DNA from: Tubiluchus corallicola
Taxonomy: Eukaryota; Animalia; Priapulida
DNA length: 64,000 nt
Direction: 5' to 3'
Assembly: GCA_030141605.1 (NCBI GenBank)
Contig: JAQGDQ010000433.1
Coordinates: 124,001-188,000 of the forward strand
Below the pieces are notes generated by a model, which made no database searches, was not told where the DNA came from, and saw only the letters and a program-made list of their open reading frames with translations. Below, piece by piece: positions 62,327 to 64,000 of the stretch (the first letter of the stretch is position 1; every line of letters starts with the position of its first letter). The translations under genes and the position numbers were made by a program.

Positions 62327-62460
62327 GCATATCTGTTGTTTGTTCGGAAGTTGCTCAGTTGGTTAAATACGGGTTTCCTTTTTTGCCCACGATCACTAGT
62401 TTCAGCTCTACGAAAGTTACTAATAAGTTTTTCCGCTTCCCTGCTGCTTTATGGACTTAC

Positions 62461-62620
62461 CTTTTGGTGCGGTTACCACTATTCCAGGATCTATGGCTTG
62501 TAGCTTGGCCAGAGCGATCTTCTGCAATGCCTGTCGTTCCAATTCTGACAAATTGAACAACGTCGTGTCCATTAAGAGAATATTTCTTGTACCCAAGCAA
62601 CTGGTCCATTTGCAGTATCC
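62461..62620 (-). CDS. ARHGAP6: ARHGAP6-like RhoGAP, most 5' coding exon identified in the window
   Basis: Manual translation GYCKWTSCLGTRNILLMDTTLFNLSELERQALQKIALAKLQAIDPGIVVTAPK, resembling ARHGAP6 W.S...R.V.L....I.SLSELERARLQEVA...LQ. Acceptor ttttaacag, donor AAAG|gtaagt; 160 bp, phase 0 to 1. Confidence 0.92.
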
Positions 62621-63499
62621 CTGTTAAAAGGTAAAACGAAAAAAGTTCAGAACAAATTCACATCTTTTTGGCTGACCACGTGACAAGCTTGTCTGGTAAG
62701 CCCATCAAATATTGACGTGTCGCCGTCTTCAAAAGTGTCGCCGTCTTCAAAAGCTAGAAAAATTTTCCAAGTACCGAGGTGCGCCATTCTCCTTTTGAAG
62801 TTTTCAAGTGCAAATCATTTTCGCCAATTTGCGGAAGTATGTTAGCACTTTCGTCCACTCAAATCGACCAAACCACAAGCAAGCTGGAACTCTTTGAAAG
62901 CAGAAACTAGGCAAGATTCGTTTAACACAAGAAAACCAAAGGTACATGTATAAAGAACAGTGTCTCGTAATAATAACAAACTGTGACTATATTAACGTTA
63001 CCTGCTTTAATTAAAGGACAAGAATACAGAATTCTTAGTTCTTACATAAAAATCGTTTCGAAATCTTAATTGCATCACATGCATGCTACCGTATTGCATA
63101 GAGAGTTTACCTTAGCAGTAACCCTGTACAAGAGTTGTAAATGCTCCTGCGATGACCATTAGGCGCTGCTATTTTAACGATAGATCATTTTAAGCAAGTT
63201 TAACTAACATTGCGTAAAGATTAAAAAAATTCTATGAGCATTCGTAGCACATTCCTCGCTAATCTAGCAAAAGCATCAATTACATTATATTGTCAATTTG
63301 ATAAAGAAAATGTTTTTGGTGAGCCAGTCACGTGTTTGGTTCACACTGGGATAGTGAAAGAGCGGCGTTTGGGACGTATTTGCAAATCCCCTTTTGGTAT
63401 CCCTATATCAACTACTAAGAACCATATAGTCAAAGAATCATATAATTCATATGAGTTATGTGACATTGTTTGTGTGACTGATTTTCAATTTAAATATAG

Positions 63500-63735
63500 G
63501 AAATAGGAAACGTAGCATCACCTGGAGTTGTTCAGTTGTGATGTAGTGCACGCGTTAGAGGGCTCATGCGTGAGCACACTAGTAAACTTCGAATTTGAAT
63601 TTTAAACTCAAATTTTGTCAAACTTTTGTATATCTCACCGGAAGAAATAATTTAGCAGTACTATAAGTGTTAAAATGTTTACTTTTTACCGTACTTTAAA
63701 ATGGGGTAGTATATGAAAAATCATCCTGTTTTTCT
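63500..63735 (+). mobile_element. Kolobok-like K1 right-hand fragment
   Basis: Ends GGGGTAGTATATGAAAAATCATCCTGTTTTTCT. Confidence 0.55.
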
Positions 63736-64000
63736 TTACGTGTATTGCAACTCAAGGTTTAGCAGCTTTTGCATCTCCAGTTTCCGATACAATTGACAAA
63801 ACTTATCAAATCCAAGCAATTATACAGCCACATGATATTATTCTGTTTGGAATGCACTTAATCCATAAACGAAATGTAGAAATGACTGTTGACACTCTGC
63901 CGAAAGAGGGCGCGCTGTATGGAAATCTAATTACGTCATGTTTACCCTACGAAGTGGTCGCCTATACACAGACTGTATAATGTAGAAGTATAGTTGCCCA

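Overview
AT-rich, microsatellite- and MITE-dense genomic DNA from an animal, most likely an invertebrate bilaterian (spliceosomal introns, no prokaryotic features). There are three protein-coding genes, all on the minus strand. (1) A canonical TRPC channel with four coding exons between 15501 and 344 (ankyrin repeats, Zn-binding TRP_2 motif, S1-S6, LFWSLFG pore); its TRP-box exon lies left of the window. (2) An ARHGAP6-like RhoGAP with nine exons between 62620 and 24089, all phase-compatible GT-AG; its first exon was not found and probably lies right of the window. (3) An LRRC74-like LRR gene with an intronless CDS (50940..49177), nested on the same strand inside a RhoGAP intron, with a perfect RFX X-box 75 bp upstream of its ATG. 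Introns and intergenic DNA carry many TTAA-flanked Kolobok-like non-autonomous elements, plus Tc1/pogo-, hAT- and Harbinger-like MITEs, an internally deleted RTE LINE, CR1/RTE-X/RTE fragments, Penelope-like remnants and many tandem repeats. Most notable: the nested X-box-bearing LRRC74-like gene, an exact in-frame duplication of the RhoGAP PDZ-binding C-terminus across a TAG-C stop, a Penelope-like inverted repeat with a decayed hammerhead core in the probable RhoGAP 3' UTR, and a 2.5 kb nested inverted-repeat structure. I found no convincing wholly new multi-gene system. Family assignments come from recognising motifs by eye, not from database searches, and repeat boundaries are approximate.
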